Assembly (NCBI GenBank): GCA_028826165.1
Contig: JAPDFW010000054.1
Span: 1-64,000 of the forward strand
DNA from: Anaeramoeba ignava BMAN
Lineage: Eukaryota; Protista; Anaeramoebae
Length of the DNA stretch: 64,000 nt
Direction of reading: 5' to 3'
Position 1 is the first letter of the stretch. Every line of letters starts with the position of its first letter. Positions 26,474-39,946 of the stretch are shown here, in pieces. Below the pieces are notes generated by a model. The model saw only the letters and a list, made by a program, of their open reading frames with translations. It did no database searches and was not told the DNA's origin. Position numbers and translations under genes: made by a program.

Positions 26474-26703
26474 TTGGATTTCCTGAGTTTAAAATAGAAT
26501 ATAAAAAAGATAATTTATAAAATATAATAATAACAGAAAAAAAAACTAAAAAAATAAGCAAAAAAAAAAACGAGAAATTAATTCTCTTACAAATAAATGA
26601 GTTAAAAAAAGAAAAATGAAAAAAAATTTTTTTTAATTTTTAATAATTTTTTTTTTCATTTTTTTTTTTCAATTAAAAAATTAAATAAATAATTTAAAAT
26701 ATT

Positions 26704-29700
26704 ATGTCTAGAGATTTTGGTTATAAAAAAAATTCTATTTCAAGAACATTTCCAAGAAAAAATGAATTTAATGATGAATTTGATTCAAGAAATAATTTTA
26801 ATGATAATTTTAATGAAAGATTTAATGAAAGAGATAAATTTAATGAAAGAAATAAATTTAATGAAAGAGATAAATTTAATGAAAGAGAGAGATAAATTTA
26901 ATGAAAGAGATAATTTTAATGATAAATTTAATGAAAGAGATAAATTTAATGAAAGAGATAAATTTAATGATAATTTTAATGAAAGATTTAATGAAAGAGA
27001 TAAATTTAATGAAAGATAAATTTAATGATAGAAATAAATTTAATGAAAGAGATAAATTTAATGATAAATTTAATGAAAGAGATAAATTTAATGAAAGAGA
27101 TAAATTTAATGATAAATTTAATGAAAGAGATAAATTTAATGAAAGAGATAAATTTAATGAAAGAGATAAATTTAATGAAAGAGATAAATTTAATGATAGA
27201 AATAAATTTAATGATAAATTTAATGAAAGAAATAAATTTAATGAAAGAAATAAATTTAATGATAGAAATAAATTTAATGAAAGAGATAAATTTAATGAAA
27301 GAGATAAATTTAATGAAAGAGATAAATTTAATGAAAGAGATAAATTTAATGATAAATTTAATGAAAGAGATAAATTTAATGATAAATTTAATGAAAGAGA
27401 TAAATTTAATGAAAGAGATAAATTTAATGAAAGATTTAATGAAAGAAATAAATTTAATGAAAGAGATAAATTTAATGAAAGAGATAAATTTAATGAAAGA
27501 AATAAATTTAATGAAAGAAATAAATTTAATGAAAGAAATAAATTTAATGAAAGAGATAAATTTGATGAAAGATTTAATGATAGAAATGAATTTAATGAAA
27601 GATTTAATGATAGAAATAAATTTAATGATAAATTTAATGAAAGAGATAAATTTAATGAAAGAGATGAATTTGATTCAAGAGATAAATTTAATGAAAGAGA
27701 TAAATTTAATGAAAGAGATAAATTTAATGAAAGAGATAAATTTAATGATAAATTTAATGAAAGAGATAAATTTAATGAAAGAGATAATTTTAATGAAAGA
27801 AATAAATTTAATGATAAATTTAATGAAAGAGATAAATTTAATGATAAATTTAATGATGAATTTAATGAAAGATTTAATGAAAGAGATAAATTTAATGAAA
27901 GAAATAAATTTAATGAAAGAGATAAATTTGATTCAAGAGATAAACTTAATGAAAGAGATAAATTTAATGAAAGAGATAAATTTGATGAAAATGATAAATT
28001 TAATGAAAGAAGTCAATTTAGAAATGATTTCAGAAATGATTTCAGAAATGATATTAGAAATGATTTTAGAAATGATTTTAGAAATGATTTTGATCCAACA
28101 GATAATTTTTCAAAACAAATTGATAGTGATCTCATTTCAAAAAAATTCCAAAACCAAATCAATTCAGGAAATCCTCTACAATGCGAAAACAATTTAATTA
28201 TTGAAAGTGATAATAGTGATGATAACGATAATGATGAATATTTCGGAGATTTAGATGAGGAATATTTTAATAGAGAGGAATTAGCAGAAGAATTATTTGA
28301 ATATCATGAAATCATAAAATATCAAGGAGAAAATTATGAATATTCATTTGAAGAAACAGAATCTTCAGATGAAGAAAATACAGAAGATTGGTGGAAAACT
28401 TCAGAAAATCCATCTCTTATTGAAACTCAAAAAGCTAAAAATATGAAAGATCTATATTATTATCTCCTAAATACAACTCCCCAAAATGCAGGAAAAGCTT
28501 TCAAAATTGTTATTAATGAAAAAGATGATGAACTTTTTGAAAAATTCATTGAAATGAAAGGCTATAAATTATTTGACGAGAATCAAAATAGCTTTCTTCA
28601 TTTTTCTTGCAATATGGATTCAGAATCAGAAAAGGAAACAGAATTCAAAACCAAAATTATCCAAAAACTCATTTCTATAGAATCTATGGTGAATATCCAA
28701 AACAGAAATAAAAAAACACCATTACATTTATTTTGTGAAAAAGAGCTGAATATTGAAATTCTCAAAATCCTTTTATCTGGAGTTGTGAATGTGAATATCG
28801 AAGATTCAAATGGATTTACAGCTTTGGAATTAGTTTTATCAAATAATTATTATTCCATCTCTGCCAAATATCGATATTCACAGGAATTAAAAAATCAATA
28901 TACTCAAAAAATCCAAAAACAAGCATTGAAGTTATTAATATTTTCAGGAGCAAATTTAAACAGAAAAAACAAGCTACTCAATAATTTCACTCCATTTCAT
29001 ATTGCTTGTTTTTCAAATCCAAGTTTGAATGTTTTAAAAACATTAATCAAATACAGATGCTCAATAAATTCAGAAGATATCAACAAAGACAGTCCTTTCC
29101 ATTTTGTTTGCAGATATTTTGCTTCAGCAGATGTGATTAAATATTGTGTGGAAAGTGGAGCAAACTTAAATCTTGCAAATCGAAAGCAATTAACGCCTTT
29201 TCAAGAGTTGATTTCATGGAATCAAGATCCAGACTTGATTTCATTTTGCATCGATCATGGTGCAAATCTCCAGTTAGTTACCCAAGAAGAAAATAATATT
29301 TTCCATCTATTTGCAATGTCTCATTCATCTCTTTCTATTGATGTTCTTCAAATTCTTATCAAAAATTCTATCGAAATTAAAGACCAATTTTTGATGAAAA
29401 CAAATTTGCAGGAAAAAACTCCTCTCCATCTTTTATGCCAAAAAACTTCAGTTTCAACTGAAATTTTCAAGCTGCTTCTCTCTATTGATGGGATTGAAGA
29501 TGTTTTAAATATCAAAGATAAACAAAGGAAATCTTGTCTTCATTATTTTTGCCAAAATTATACAGATCATTCCATTCTCAAATTATTCATTCAAAAAGGT
29601 TGTGATGTAAATGCTTTGGATTATGAAAACAATAACTGTCTTCATTTCGCAGTTCAAAATCCAATTCAATCGATCCAATTTCTTCAGCAACTTCTGCAAA

Positions 29701-30860
29701 ATAATTTGGATATAAATTCATCCACAATTTATGGAGAAACACCTTTAATAATCGCAAGCAAAAAAAACCAGAATTTGGATGTTGTATCATTTCTTTTGGA
29801 AAATGGTTCCGATATCAATTTCACTGATTGGAAAAATATGACTGCTTTGCATTATTCAATTCCAACAAATTTTGATGTGATCAAATTACTTGTTTGTTTT
29901 GGAGCAAATGTTAATTCTCAAAATTGGAAAAATGAAACACCTCTTCATTATGCTTGTAAAAAATGTGATTTGGAATCAATTGATTTGATTCTTTTTCTTT
30001 TGGAAAATCATGCAGATGCCTCAATGCAGAATTATCTTTGCAAAACTCCTTTAGAAATATTTTTCCAAAAAAACTTGAAACAAAAATCAAATCCGCAATT
30101 CCAAATATTATCAAGTTATTTTAATAAATACAACCATGATTTTATTCAGGAATATCCATTCTCAAAGGAAAAATCGTTGGATTCAATCATTCATAATGAA
30201 AATTTGGAAAGAATCGGACCTTTTTATTTCAAATTTGTTTCATTTTTATCTCAAGTTTTTCTTGATCAACAAGATTGTGATGTTAGAGTTAGTCGAGAAT
30301 TTTGTGCTCATAAATGCATTATTCACGCAAGAATACCAGGTTTTGAACAATCTTTTGTGGAAAATGCAAGAAGTTTAAATTGCAATCAAACCATTTTAGA
30401 ATTTCTATTTTGGATTTACACTGGAATATTAAACATAAATCACAAACAAAAATTATTAAAGTTCTCAAATTCAATCGGATTAACAAATTCTCAAATTCAC
30501 GAAAAATCAGGAATTCTTTCAGTTTTGATTGATTTAAGACATCTTACTGTTGATTCAAAACATAATCCATTTCTTCATTTCAAAAAAGAATCAAAACCAA
30601 TTAAAATCAGAAACAATATTATTTGGCTTAATCATTCTTTTTATAAAAAAATTTTTGATTCAAAAAATCAAAATCAATTATTACTTGATCCTAAATTTGA
30701 AGAAATGATTCATGAAATGATTGGAGTAAGAACTAAATTTCTTGAAGAAAAATTAAATTCATTTGGATTTTTACCAATGCAAAAGATAATACAAGATCCA
30801 GCATTTGTAAGGTTTCATCCAGTAAAAAAAGAAGAAGAAAAAGAAGAAGAAAAGAAATAA
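26704..30860 (+). CDS. Ankyrin-repeat protein with N-terminal (FNERDK)n array and degenerate C-terminal BTB-like region
   Basis: ATG 26704 follows a TCATTTT motif. Two GA-dinucleotide slips (about 26886 and 27013) break the frame in the repeat. Many TPLHxxC ankyrin repeats; AHKCIIHAR..FLFWIYTG. No introns. Confidence 0.75.
26760..28090 (+). repeat. Coding minisatellite, 18-nt TTTAATGAAAGAGATAAA with 12-nt variants, then (AGAAATGATTTY)n
   Basis: Directly visible; encodes FNERDK/FNDK and RNDF. Confidence 0.92.
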
Positions 30861-30924
30861 AAACAAAAATAAAAAAGTTCCAAAAATTTTATTTGCTTTA
30901 TTTTATTTATTTTTATTTTTATTT

Positions 30925-33900
30925 TTATTTGTAACCTAATTTTATTTGAAGTATTTTGAAATTTTCAATCAAAAAATTGGATTCATTTGTAAAAATTTCA
31001 TGTAAATTTGAAATTATAAAAACTAATGCATCATTTAAATTCATTGATAAAAGTATCTGATATTCTTCTTTGTTTTGAGTTTGTTGAATCATCTCAATCC
31101 AATTAGTAATAATTTCAAGAATTCTTCTCAAAAAAATATATTGTAAATCATGTAATTCAATCTTTTTTTCATTAATTGATTGATGATATAAAGAGAAATA
31201 GCAATTAAAAATTTCTTGAAAAGAAGAACCAATATTATTTTTCATCACATCCAAAATCCATAAATCATCAATTTGAAATTCAACATTCAATCTTTCAATA
31301 ATTTCACAAATAATTTTCATTGGAAATAAACGAGTCTTCCCAAATTTTATTGATAAATAATCCATTTTCTGTTTCATTTTCTCAATAAACATTTCCTTTT
31401 TTTCTTGATTGTTTTGTATTGATTGAAGATTGTAAACTTCATTCTTGAATATTTCTCGATAAATTGATTTCAAAGTGATTTCATCAACAGAAGATGAAAG
31501 AAGAAGAAGTTCTAAATTCAACTCTTTCAATCCAAATTTATCAATCATTTCTTCAAGAATTTCCAACGATAAAGGGTTTTTCCGAAGTAATTGCAAATTG
31601 GATTGGATTTCTTCTTGAGAAAAAACAGAATTATGTGATAAATTAGATTCAAAACGAGATAGAATTGATTCTTGAACTGAAACATGATTAATTTTTTCTG
31701 AAATTGAATGCTTGAAATTTTCAATTTCCAAATTTTCATTGTTTTCAATTTTTCCAAGAGTTTTCTGAATATTAATCAAAACGGATTTATATTGATGAAT
31801 ATTATAGATATTTTGGTTTTCGTTGAGAATATCCATTAGAATTTCGATAATTTTCATATTTAAATTATGATATTGATAAATTTTAATAAGAAACTGTTTA
31901 TCTGTAATTCGGAAAAAATCTTCTAAATTTTGTGATTGAATCTCAAAGAGAAATTGCTGTGTTTTTTCATCATTTTTCAATTTATGAAACAAATAGTATT
32001 TCAAAATGGCATCTTCTTGATTCAAAATGACTTCTATTAATTGCTGGATTTGAAACAAATCTTTTTGGGAATCAAATACAATATCAATCAAAAAATTGGA
32101 TTTCATGTGTTGATAAAATGATTTAAATTGAGATTGTTCTGTGTGGAAATTTTGATGTAAATTTGCAGAAAATAAAGTTTTTTTCATTTGTTCGTTAATA
32201 TTCTTCAAATATTCCTTATCAAATAATAATATTAATCCTTCAAGATTCTCCAAATTTGAATAGTAATATTCTTCATAAAGTTCTTTCATGCCAATTTTTT
32301 GCTTTCTTGCTATTATTAATTCGATAATCTGAGGGATGGAATTATTGTTGCAATATTCTGATATAACTTGATGTAATTCCTTTTTTGATAGTTTCTCTGG
32401 AATTTCTATGAAGTTCTGATGCGCTTTTTGCAATTTCGCTTTTTTTAATAAACAAAACCCATTGTATTTAAATTTATCAAATAAAGAAAAATAAGTTGGG
32501 AATTTTGCGGAGAAAAACGAGACAAGATTTTGATCTTGGAAATCATTTGTTAGAAGCATAGAATCAATCAATAAATGAGCTAATGAATAGCCAGAATCTG
32601 TTGAAATGAACATTTGAAAAGTTAAAAAACTCAATTTGATTTGGTTTTCTTGAGATATATGATTTAAAATTTGCTCAAAATTAGAAGCTTCAGAAATAAC
32701 TTCTAATAAAAATAATGCTTCAATGCATCGAGAAACACAAGAAACCAAATCTTTGATTTGAATTTGGAAATTTTGGTTTTCAAATATGTATTTTTCCCAT
32801 TGGTTCTTCTCTATAAAAATCTTGATTCTTTCAAATATTTGTTTAAGTTCAATTAGATGTTCTTTTGAATATCGCATTTCTAATGTTGTATCTTGAGATG
32901 ATTCTGAAGGAACAAATACAAAAAGAGGGAAATCCCAAACAACTTGAGTTAATCTCGAAAAAAATAAACTAAATCCCAAAATAAAATTGGTTCCGTTTTC
33001 TCCACTAATTGTCTGCATGAATTTGATGAGTAATTGAAGAAATTTTTCGGAATGATAATTTTGAGCTTGAAAGGCATATTTTCTCTCGTTTTGTTTTGGA
33101 TTTTGATGAGAATCACTTTTTTCTTGTTTATTTCCATTAATTGAAGAAATATCCTGATCTGAAATTGAAATATTTTGGAATGACTTCATTTGGAAAGCAT
33201 TAGAAACTTGAGAAAAAGTATATAATAAAAAACACATTGAAATCACTTCATTGATTCCATATTTCTCGATGAAATTTTTTAAAAACCCAGTTAAAAATCC
33301 ATTTGATTCTTGGATAAGCTTTGAAAGAATGTGAATTGGTTGTAGTTTGATAATCTCATAAAGTGACATGTTTGTTAGACACAAGAAAACATGAGGAGAA
33401 AAGAAAAATTGTTCAAATAATTCATTTCTTGATAAATTAAAGATGAGTTTTTGTTGTAATTTTGAGAATAAATTCTCTTGATTTTGATCTTGATTTTCCA
33501 AATTTTCATCATTAAATTGAAAATAACAAAATTCTTTATCTAAAAACACTAAATCAACTAAATTTGTTAATTTCTGAATATTGTCCATTGGGATTTCTTG
33601 GATTGAAAGAACTGTTCCATTCACATCAACTATTTCAATATTATCAATAAATACAAGCGAGCTTTCCTCTAAATATTCTTGGTCTTGATCTTGTTGTTTT
33701 TGAATTTGGGTTTCTGTTTTAGGAGGATTTTGTGATATTATAAAAAGAGTTCCTTTTTCATCATCAAATTGATTTATATTTCCGATAACTGATCCATTTC
33801 CAAAATAAACTGGATGTAAATTTGTCATTAATTGCATTTGTTCTGTTGAATATAAATTTTTGTTGATTAAGTTTGGTTTTCTTATGCTTTTGAAAGCATC

Positions 33901-35255
33901 TTTTATCTGTCTTAATTTTAAAACTTGGATTTTTTGATTGATTTTTTGATCGTCATCTTGATTTTCAAAGTTGTTTTGGTTGATATCAAGAATTTCAAGT
34001 GAAAAATATAATCTTGTTCCATTTGAAGTTATTGCAAATAAATTGATTAAATTTGATTCATAAATTCCTAATGCTTGAATGTGAGTAATTTTGAGATTAA
34101 AAATTAATTTTTGGATAAACATTTGAAACCAAAATGAATCCTTTGAATTAGTATTATTAATATTGATATCATTATATTTGTTTTGGAAATTTTGATATTC
34201 AAAAAGTTGTTTTGTAATTTCATCCTTAATTGATTCTATTGTTCTTTTTTCAAGAAAAGTGATTTTTTGTTCTTCAGAAAAACTAAATAGTGAAATTGTT
34301 GAATTTTGAGAAAGTGTGTAAATAATTTTTCTTGTTGAATCAATTGAGATTTGTGAGATTGAAATTTCTTCGTTTTTATTAAATAAATAATTTGAAAGAA
34401 AGTTTGAAATTTTAGAAGTGTGATTAATTTTATCGAATTGGATTTGTGGAATTGAGCTATCAGTTAAATAATAGATAATTTCATATAAATTTCCATCATT
34501 TCCACCGAGAAATATTCTTCCATCACTTGAAGAATTAATTGAATTTATTACATTGTTTATATTTAAATGATGAGCTAATAATTTTATAAATTTTAATAAT
34601 TTTAATAATTTTAATAAATTAATTTTATAAATAATTTTATAAATAATTTTAATAAATTTTATACAAGAATGTATTTGAATTTCATTTTTTTCATGTGAAT
34701 AAAATAATTCAACTATATTAATTCCAGAATTTGTAGAAATAATAATGAAATAATTAATTTCGTTTTGAAGAAAATTTTCTGGAATAGAAACTAAATGAAT
34801 TTTATTAAATTCTTCATTAAAATCACAACAATTTTCAAAAGATCTATTTAATTTTTAAATTTAATTTTTAATTTTTAATTTTTAATTTAATTTAATTTTA
34901 AATTTAAATTTTTTACTGATTTTGATAATTCCATAAAATTAATTGAAAATTTAATCTAATCCAAACTCTTTTTATTTGAGAAAAAAGTCCCATTTCAATT
35001 TGTTTTATATCTGTTAAAAAATTCAAAAAAAAAAATTTTTTTTAAATTTTGTTTTTTAAATTTTGTTTTTTAAATTTTACATTTTGATTGTATTTCTCTT
35101 GGAATTTTTGCAATTTCATGTATTAAATGTTTATTTTCTTGTTCATAATTATCAGAATAAAAAAATTGTTTAAATTCAAATTTTTCTTCATTTTCTTGTT
35201 GAAAATTTTCAATAAAATTTAAAAAAATATTAGATTGATTAATAAAAGGATTCAT
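30925..35255 (-). CDS. NUP155: Nucleoporin Nup155/Nup170 family
   Basis: Spliced 5' exons give MGLFSQIKRVWIRLNFQLILWNY, DGRIFLGGNDGNLYEIIY and IDSTRKIIYTLS, in frame with ORF 30925-34122 (LFAITSNGTRLYF), followed by an alpha-helical region. Confidence 0.8.
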
Positions 35256-35289
35256 TTAAAAAAAAAATGAAAAAATGAAAAATGAAAAA

Positions 35290-36060
35290 TTTAAATTTTT
35301 TTGTTCCACTTTTTTAATTTGATTTTTAAATCAATTATTAAATCAATTATTAAATAAATTCTTAAATCAATTCTTAAATAAATTTTTAAATAAATTATTA
35401 AATAAATTATTAAATAAATTATTAAATAAATTATTAAATAAATTCTTAAATAAATTCTTAAATAAATTATTAAATAAATTTTGTTCCACTTTTTAATTTG
35501 ATTTTTAAATCAATTTTTAAATCAATTTTTAAATAAATTATTAAATAAATTATTAAATAAATTTTCAATTAAATTTTGAAATAAATTCTTAAATCAATTA
35601 TTAAATAAATTCTTAAATAAATTTTTAAATAAATTTTTAAATAAATTATTAAATAAATTATTAAATAAATTATTAAATAAATTATAAATCAATTATTAAA
35701 TAAATTTTGTTCCACTTTTTAATTTGATATTTAAATAAATTTTTAAATCAATTTTTAAATAAATTCTTAAATAAATATTTAAATTTTTAAATAAATTTTA
35801 AATAAATTATTAAATAAATTTTGTTCCACTTTTTAATTTGATGTTTAAATCAATTTTTAAATAAATTATTAAATAAATTCTTAAATAAATTCTTAAATAA
35901 ATTATTAAATAAATTTTGTTCCACTTTTTTAATTTGATTTTTAAATCAATTTTTAAATCAATTTTTAAATAAATTATTAAATAAATTATTAAATAAATTT
36001 TCAATTAAATTTTGAAATAAATTATTAAATAATTTTTGTTCCACTTTTTTAATTTGATTT
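35290..36060. repeat. Intergenic array of an 11-nt unit (TAAATAAATT[A/C/T]) punctuated by six TTGTTCCACTTTT motifs
   Basis: Visible; TTCCAC cores at 35304, 35484, 35710, 35824, 35919 and 36039. Confidence 0.8.
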
Positions 36061-36104
36061 TGTAATTTGATTTTATTTAATTTTTTCGATTCAACAAAAC
36101 TCTT

Positions 36105-37135
36105 TCAAAAATTTTTCTTAATATGAGGAATTTGAGACAAATCAATATATTCATGAGTTAAAGATTCAACTTCATTTTCTTGAGAATTATTCTTATTAAA
36201 TAAAGAAGGTTCAGTAACTTTTTCAAAAACAAAAATCATATAAATTCCAATAGCTTCCCATTGATCAAGAGGAATTTCACCTTTTAAATTTGAACTCATT
36301 TTTTGTAACAATTCCAATCCTTCAGGTTTTTCAATTTGATCATAAAAAAATTGATGGAAAGTTCTCTTTTCAACAATTTTAAGACCATATTCACTTGCAA
36401 TTTTTTCAAAAGAAGGAAAATGAATCAAAAATTCAGATAAAGGTTTAATTGCATCAAGTAAACTGAATTCATATTCTGCACCAAATGTTGGAATATTCTG
36501 TTTGAATTCTTCATCAGTCATTTTCTCGTTTGATTTAATAAATTTAATTGAAAAAATATCATTTCCAAAATTAAGTCCATCAATACTTCTTAATTTTTTC
36601 ACAATCCAGTTCGCATTTGGAACTGTTCCCACAAAAAAACCTCCTTTGGATAATCTGCATGTTACGTTTTCAAGCATTTTTCTCACTGTTGATTCGGATT
36701 GAAAAGAATAATGAAGTGAAAATTGACAGCTAACAATATCGAAAAAAATGTTCTGATTTAATTCTTGAAAATATCATCAACAAAACAATTTGCAACAATA
36801 AATCGGATTGGGAATGACAATCTTAGAAATTTTACTCGATCTATTGCGTCATGGATTGATGCTTTTGATATATCAGCTCCTACAAAATTACTTATCAATC
36901 CATATTTCCATTTTTTTAAATCACCTCCTTTTCCACAACAAAAATCAAGAACTGAATCTTTTGGATTTGTGTATTTTTTGATTAGAATTGATTTCACCCA
37001 ATTGTTTATTGTTTTCATCCATATTATTGGGCTTTCTTTTCTTTTGTTATCGTTAATCTGCTTTTTTTGATCATAATGATTTTGTATTTGTTGTGAATGT
37101 TTTGTTGAATTTTGTGAATTTAAATTATTCATCAT
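36105..37135 (-). CDS. RNMT: mRNA cap guanine-N7 methyltransferase
   Basis: NNWVKSILI, VLDFCCGKGGDLKKW, FDIVSCQFSLHYSF, GGFFVGTVPN. One frameshift in a T-run near 36770, probably a sequence error. Confidence 0.9.
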
Positions 37136-37479
37136 TTTGAAAAAGTAAAAAAATGAAAAATGAAAAATGAAAAATCGAAAAATTTATTTTTTTTTTTTTG
37201 GATTAAATAAAAAAGTGGAACAAAAATGAAAAAAGCAAAAAATTTTGAATTTTAAAAAAGCAAAAATTTTGAATTTTGATTTTGAATTGAATTTTAAATT
37301 TTAATTTTAATTTTTAATTTTGATTTCAATTTTGATTTTAATTTTAATTTCAATTTTGATTTTGATTGATTTTAATTTTGATTTTGATTTTAATTTTGAT
37401 TTTAATTTTAATTTTAATTTTAATTTTAATTTTAATTTTAATTTTAATTTTAATTTTAATTTTGATTTTGATTTTAATT

Positions 37480-38257
37480 TTAATTTTGATTTTTCTTTTT
37501 GGAATCATCATTCCTATCTTTTTTTCTAGTATAAACTTTTCTATTAGTTTTTTCTCTAGGATTTTGCATAGGTCTATTTTTTCTTCTTTTAGCATAATCA
37601 CGACGAGAAATATGTTCCAAAGCCTAAAATAAATATAAATATAAATATAAATATAAATATAAATATAAATATAAATATAAATATAAATTATAATTATAAA
37701 TATAAATATAAATATAAATATAAATATAAATATAAATATAAATATAAATATAAATATAAATATAAATATAAATATAAATATAAATATAAATATAAATATA
37801 AATATAAATATAAATATAAATATAAATATAAATATAAATATAAATATAAATATAAATTTCATCTTTACTTCCTTCTGTATTCTTATATCTCTAAGTGCTG
37901 AACCGCGTATATAAACTTCTTTCATTTTCCAAAATCTATCTCCATCCTATTTTTAAATTAATTTTTTCTCTTAATTTTTCTTACTAATTTTTTAATATAT
38001 TTACTTTAGACGTGCAAATAACTTCTTCTAAAAGTAAATTCATCCGATTGTCGCAATTAGATAACTTCCCATTATAAGCCTCACCTGTTTTTATTTGGAT
38101 TTGCTATTGAAAATTATTAATTTAATTAATAAAATTATAAATTTATTTTTTACAATAGGAAAACCAATTGTAGTCCTCAAAATTGATAACGGTAACTAAT
38201 TATAAAAAAAGAGAGAAGAATAAATTTATGCAAGAGAATAGATAAAAAATTTACCAT
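37480..38257 (-). CDS. LSM4: U6 snRNA-associated Sm-like protein LSm4, 5 exons, first coding exon is ATG only
   Basis: Spliced: M|[14 protein letters not shown]|[33 protein letters not shown]|[26 protein letters not shown]|ALEH... All junctions GT-AG, phase 0. Confidence 0.9.
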
Positions 38258-38356
38258 TTAAGAAATAAACAAAAAAAGAAAAAAATGAAAAAAAAAATTA
38301 AAAAAAAATTTTTTCATTTTTTTTCATTTTTTTCTTTTTCAATTTCTTTTTTTAAA
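38258..38356. promoter_or_regulatory. Bidirectional promoter LSM4/EIF3K with TCATTTT motifs on both strands
   Basis: 99 nt spacer; AAAATGA at about 38282, TCATTTT at 38314 and 38324. Confidence 0.6.
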
Positions 38357-39733
38357 ATGCAAGAAATACTTGAAAAACTTGAAATTTCACGTTATGAACC
38401 GGAATTTATTCCTGAACTTGAGAAGGTTTTTATGGATAATCTTTATAATATTGATGCTGCAACATGTTTATTAAAGTTATATCAATTAAATCCAGAAAAA
38501 GAAAATATAGAAATTGTTCATAAAATTTTAAGTCTAGCACTTCCAAATACAGCTGAGTTCTGGCTGTGCTTTATGCTTGTTTCTGCAGAAATTGTATCTC
38601 TTATTTTGTTTAAATCTTCCTTTTTAAAATTTATCTTGTTTTTCTTTTTTTTTTGTTTTGTTTGGAATTTGTTTTAGAAAACTCATCAAAGTTTACAAGT
38701 TTTAATTCAAATAAATCGTCTTTTAGAACATTGTCAATTTACTGATTTATGGGAATTAATGAATAATCTTCCAGATACTAAAATTTCTCCAGAAATATTA
38801 AATCCTAAAATTCGTGATTGTAAACCAAAATTTAATAAAATCAAAATTAAAATTAAAATTCATTTATAAAATTAAAAATAAAATTAAAATTAAAATTAAA
38901 ATTAAAATTAAAATCAAAATTAAAATTCATTTATAAAATTAAAATTCATTTATAAAATTAAAATTAAAATTAAAATTAAAATTAAAATTGAAATTAAAAT
39001 TAAAATTAAAATTAAAATTAAAATTAAAATTAAAATTAAAATTAAAATTAAAATTAAATTTAAAATTCATTTATAAAATTAAAATTAAAAATAAAATTAA
39101 AATTAAAATTAAAATTAAAATTAAAATCAAAATTAAAATTAAAATTAAAATTAAAATTAAAATTAAAATTAAAATTAAAATTAGAAATTAAAATTAAAAT
39201 TAAAATTAAAATTAACATTAAAATTAAAATTCATTTATAATATTAAAATTAAAATTAAAATTTAAATTAAAATTAAAATTAAAATTAAAATTAAAATTTA
39301 AATTAAAATTTAAAATTTAATATTAAATTTAAAATTAAAATCAAAATTCATTTATAAAATTAAAATTAAAATTAAAACTAAAATTAATATTAAAATTAAA
39401 ATCATAATTTTCTTTTTTTATTATTTGTAGATATTAAATCTCTTCTTTTAATTACTTATCAATCAATTAATAAATCTGATATAAAACAATTTCTTTCTAT
39501 TAATGATGATGAATTAAACAAATTAATTGAAGAAAATAATTGGGGATCTGATCAAGAAACAATAATCTTTCCAAAACCAACTACAAAACCCCAAGTTAAG
39601 ATAGATATTGGAATCGATATTTCAAGTAATTTTTAATTTTTAATTTTAATTTTTTAATTTAAATTTTAATCTTTAAATTTTGTTCCACTTTTTTATTTTA
39701 GGAATTTCTACTGTTTTTTCAAAAATGGATTAG
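38357..39733 (+). CDS. EIF3K: Translation initiation factor eIF3 subunit K, 4 exons
   Basis: RYEPEFIPELE, YNIDAATCLLKLYQLNP, LLEHCQFTDLW, ITYQSI. Introns 38594-38677, 38820-39430, 39627-39701. Confidence 0.8.
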
Positions 39734-39946
39734 AATTTAAAAATTTCAAAAACTTTCTTTTTTCTTTTTTCTTTTTTCTTTTTTCTTTTTTCAAAACCAA
39801 ACAATTTTTTTAGAATAAAATTCATTTAAAAAATCAATTTAATTTTTTAACTTCTTAATTTATTTTTCCGATTAAATTAAAAAAATTGATTTAAAAAAAT
39901 TGATTTAAAAAAATTGATTTAAAAAGAGAATTAAATTGGAAATTAT

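Noticed and set aside
27025-28197. 390-aa overlapping ORF (MKEINL)n suggesting dual coding
   Set aside because: It is the alternative stop-free frame of the 18-nt repeat and ends shortly after the repeat does.
35290-36060. Repeat-spacer-like array with recurring TTGTTCCACTTTT, superficially CRISPR-like
   Set aside because: The spacers are themselves low-complexity repeats of variable length, the context is eukaryotic and there are no cas genes.
38255-38257. ATG-only first coding exon of LSM4 as another microexon
   Set aside because: It is a first exon that includes 5'UTR, a common arrangement, not an internal 3-nt exon.
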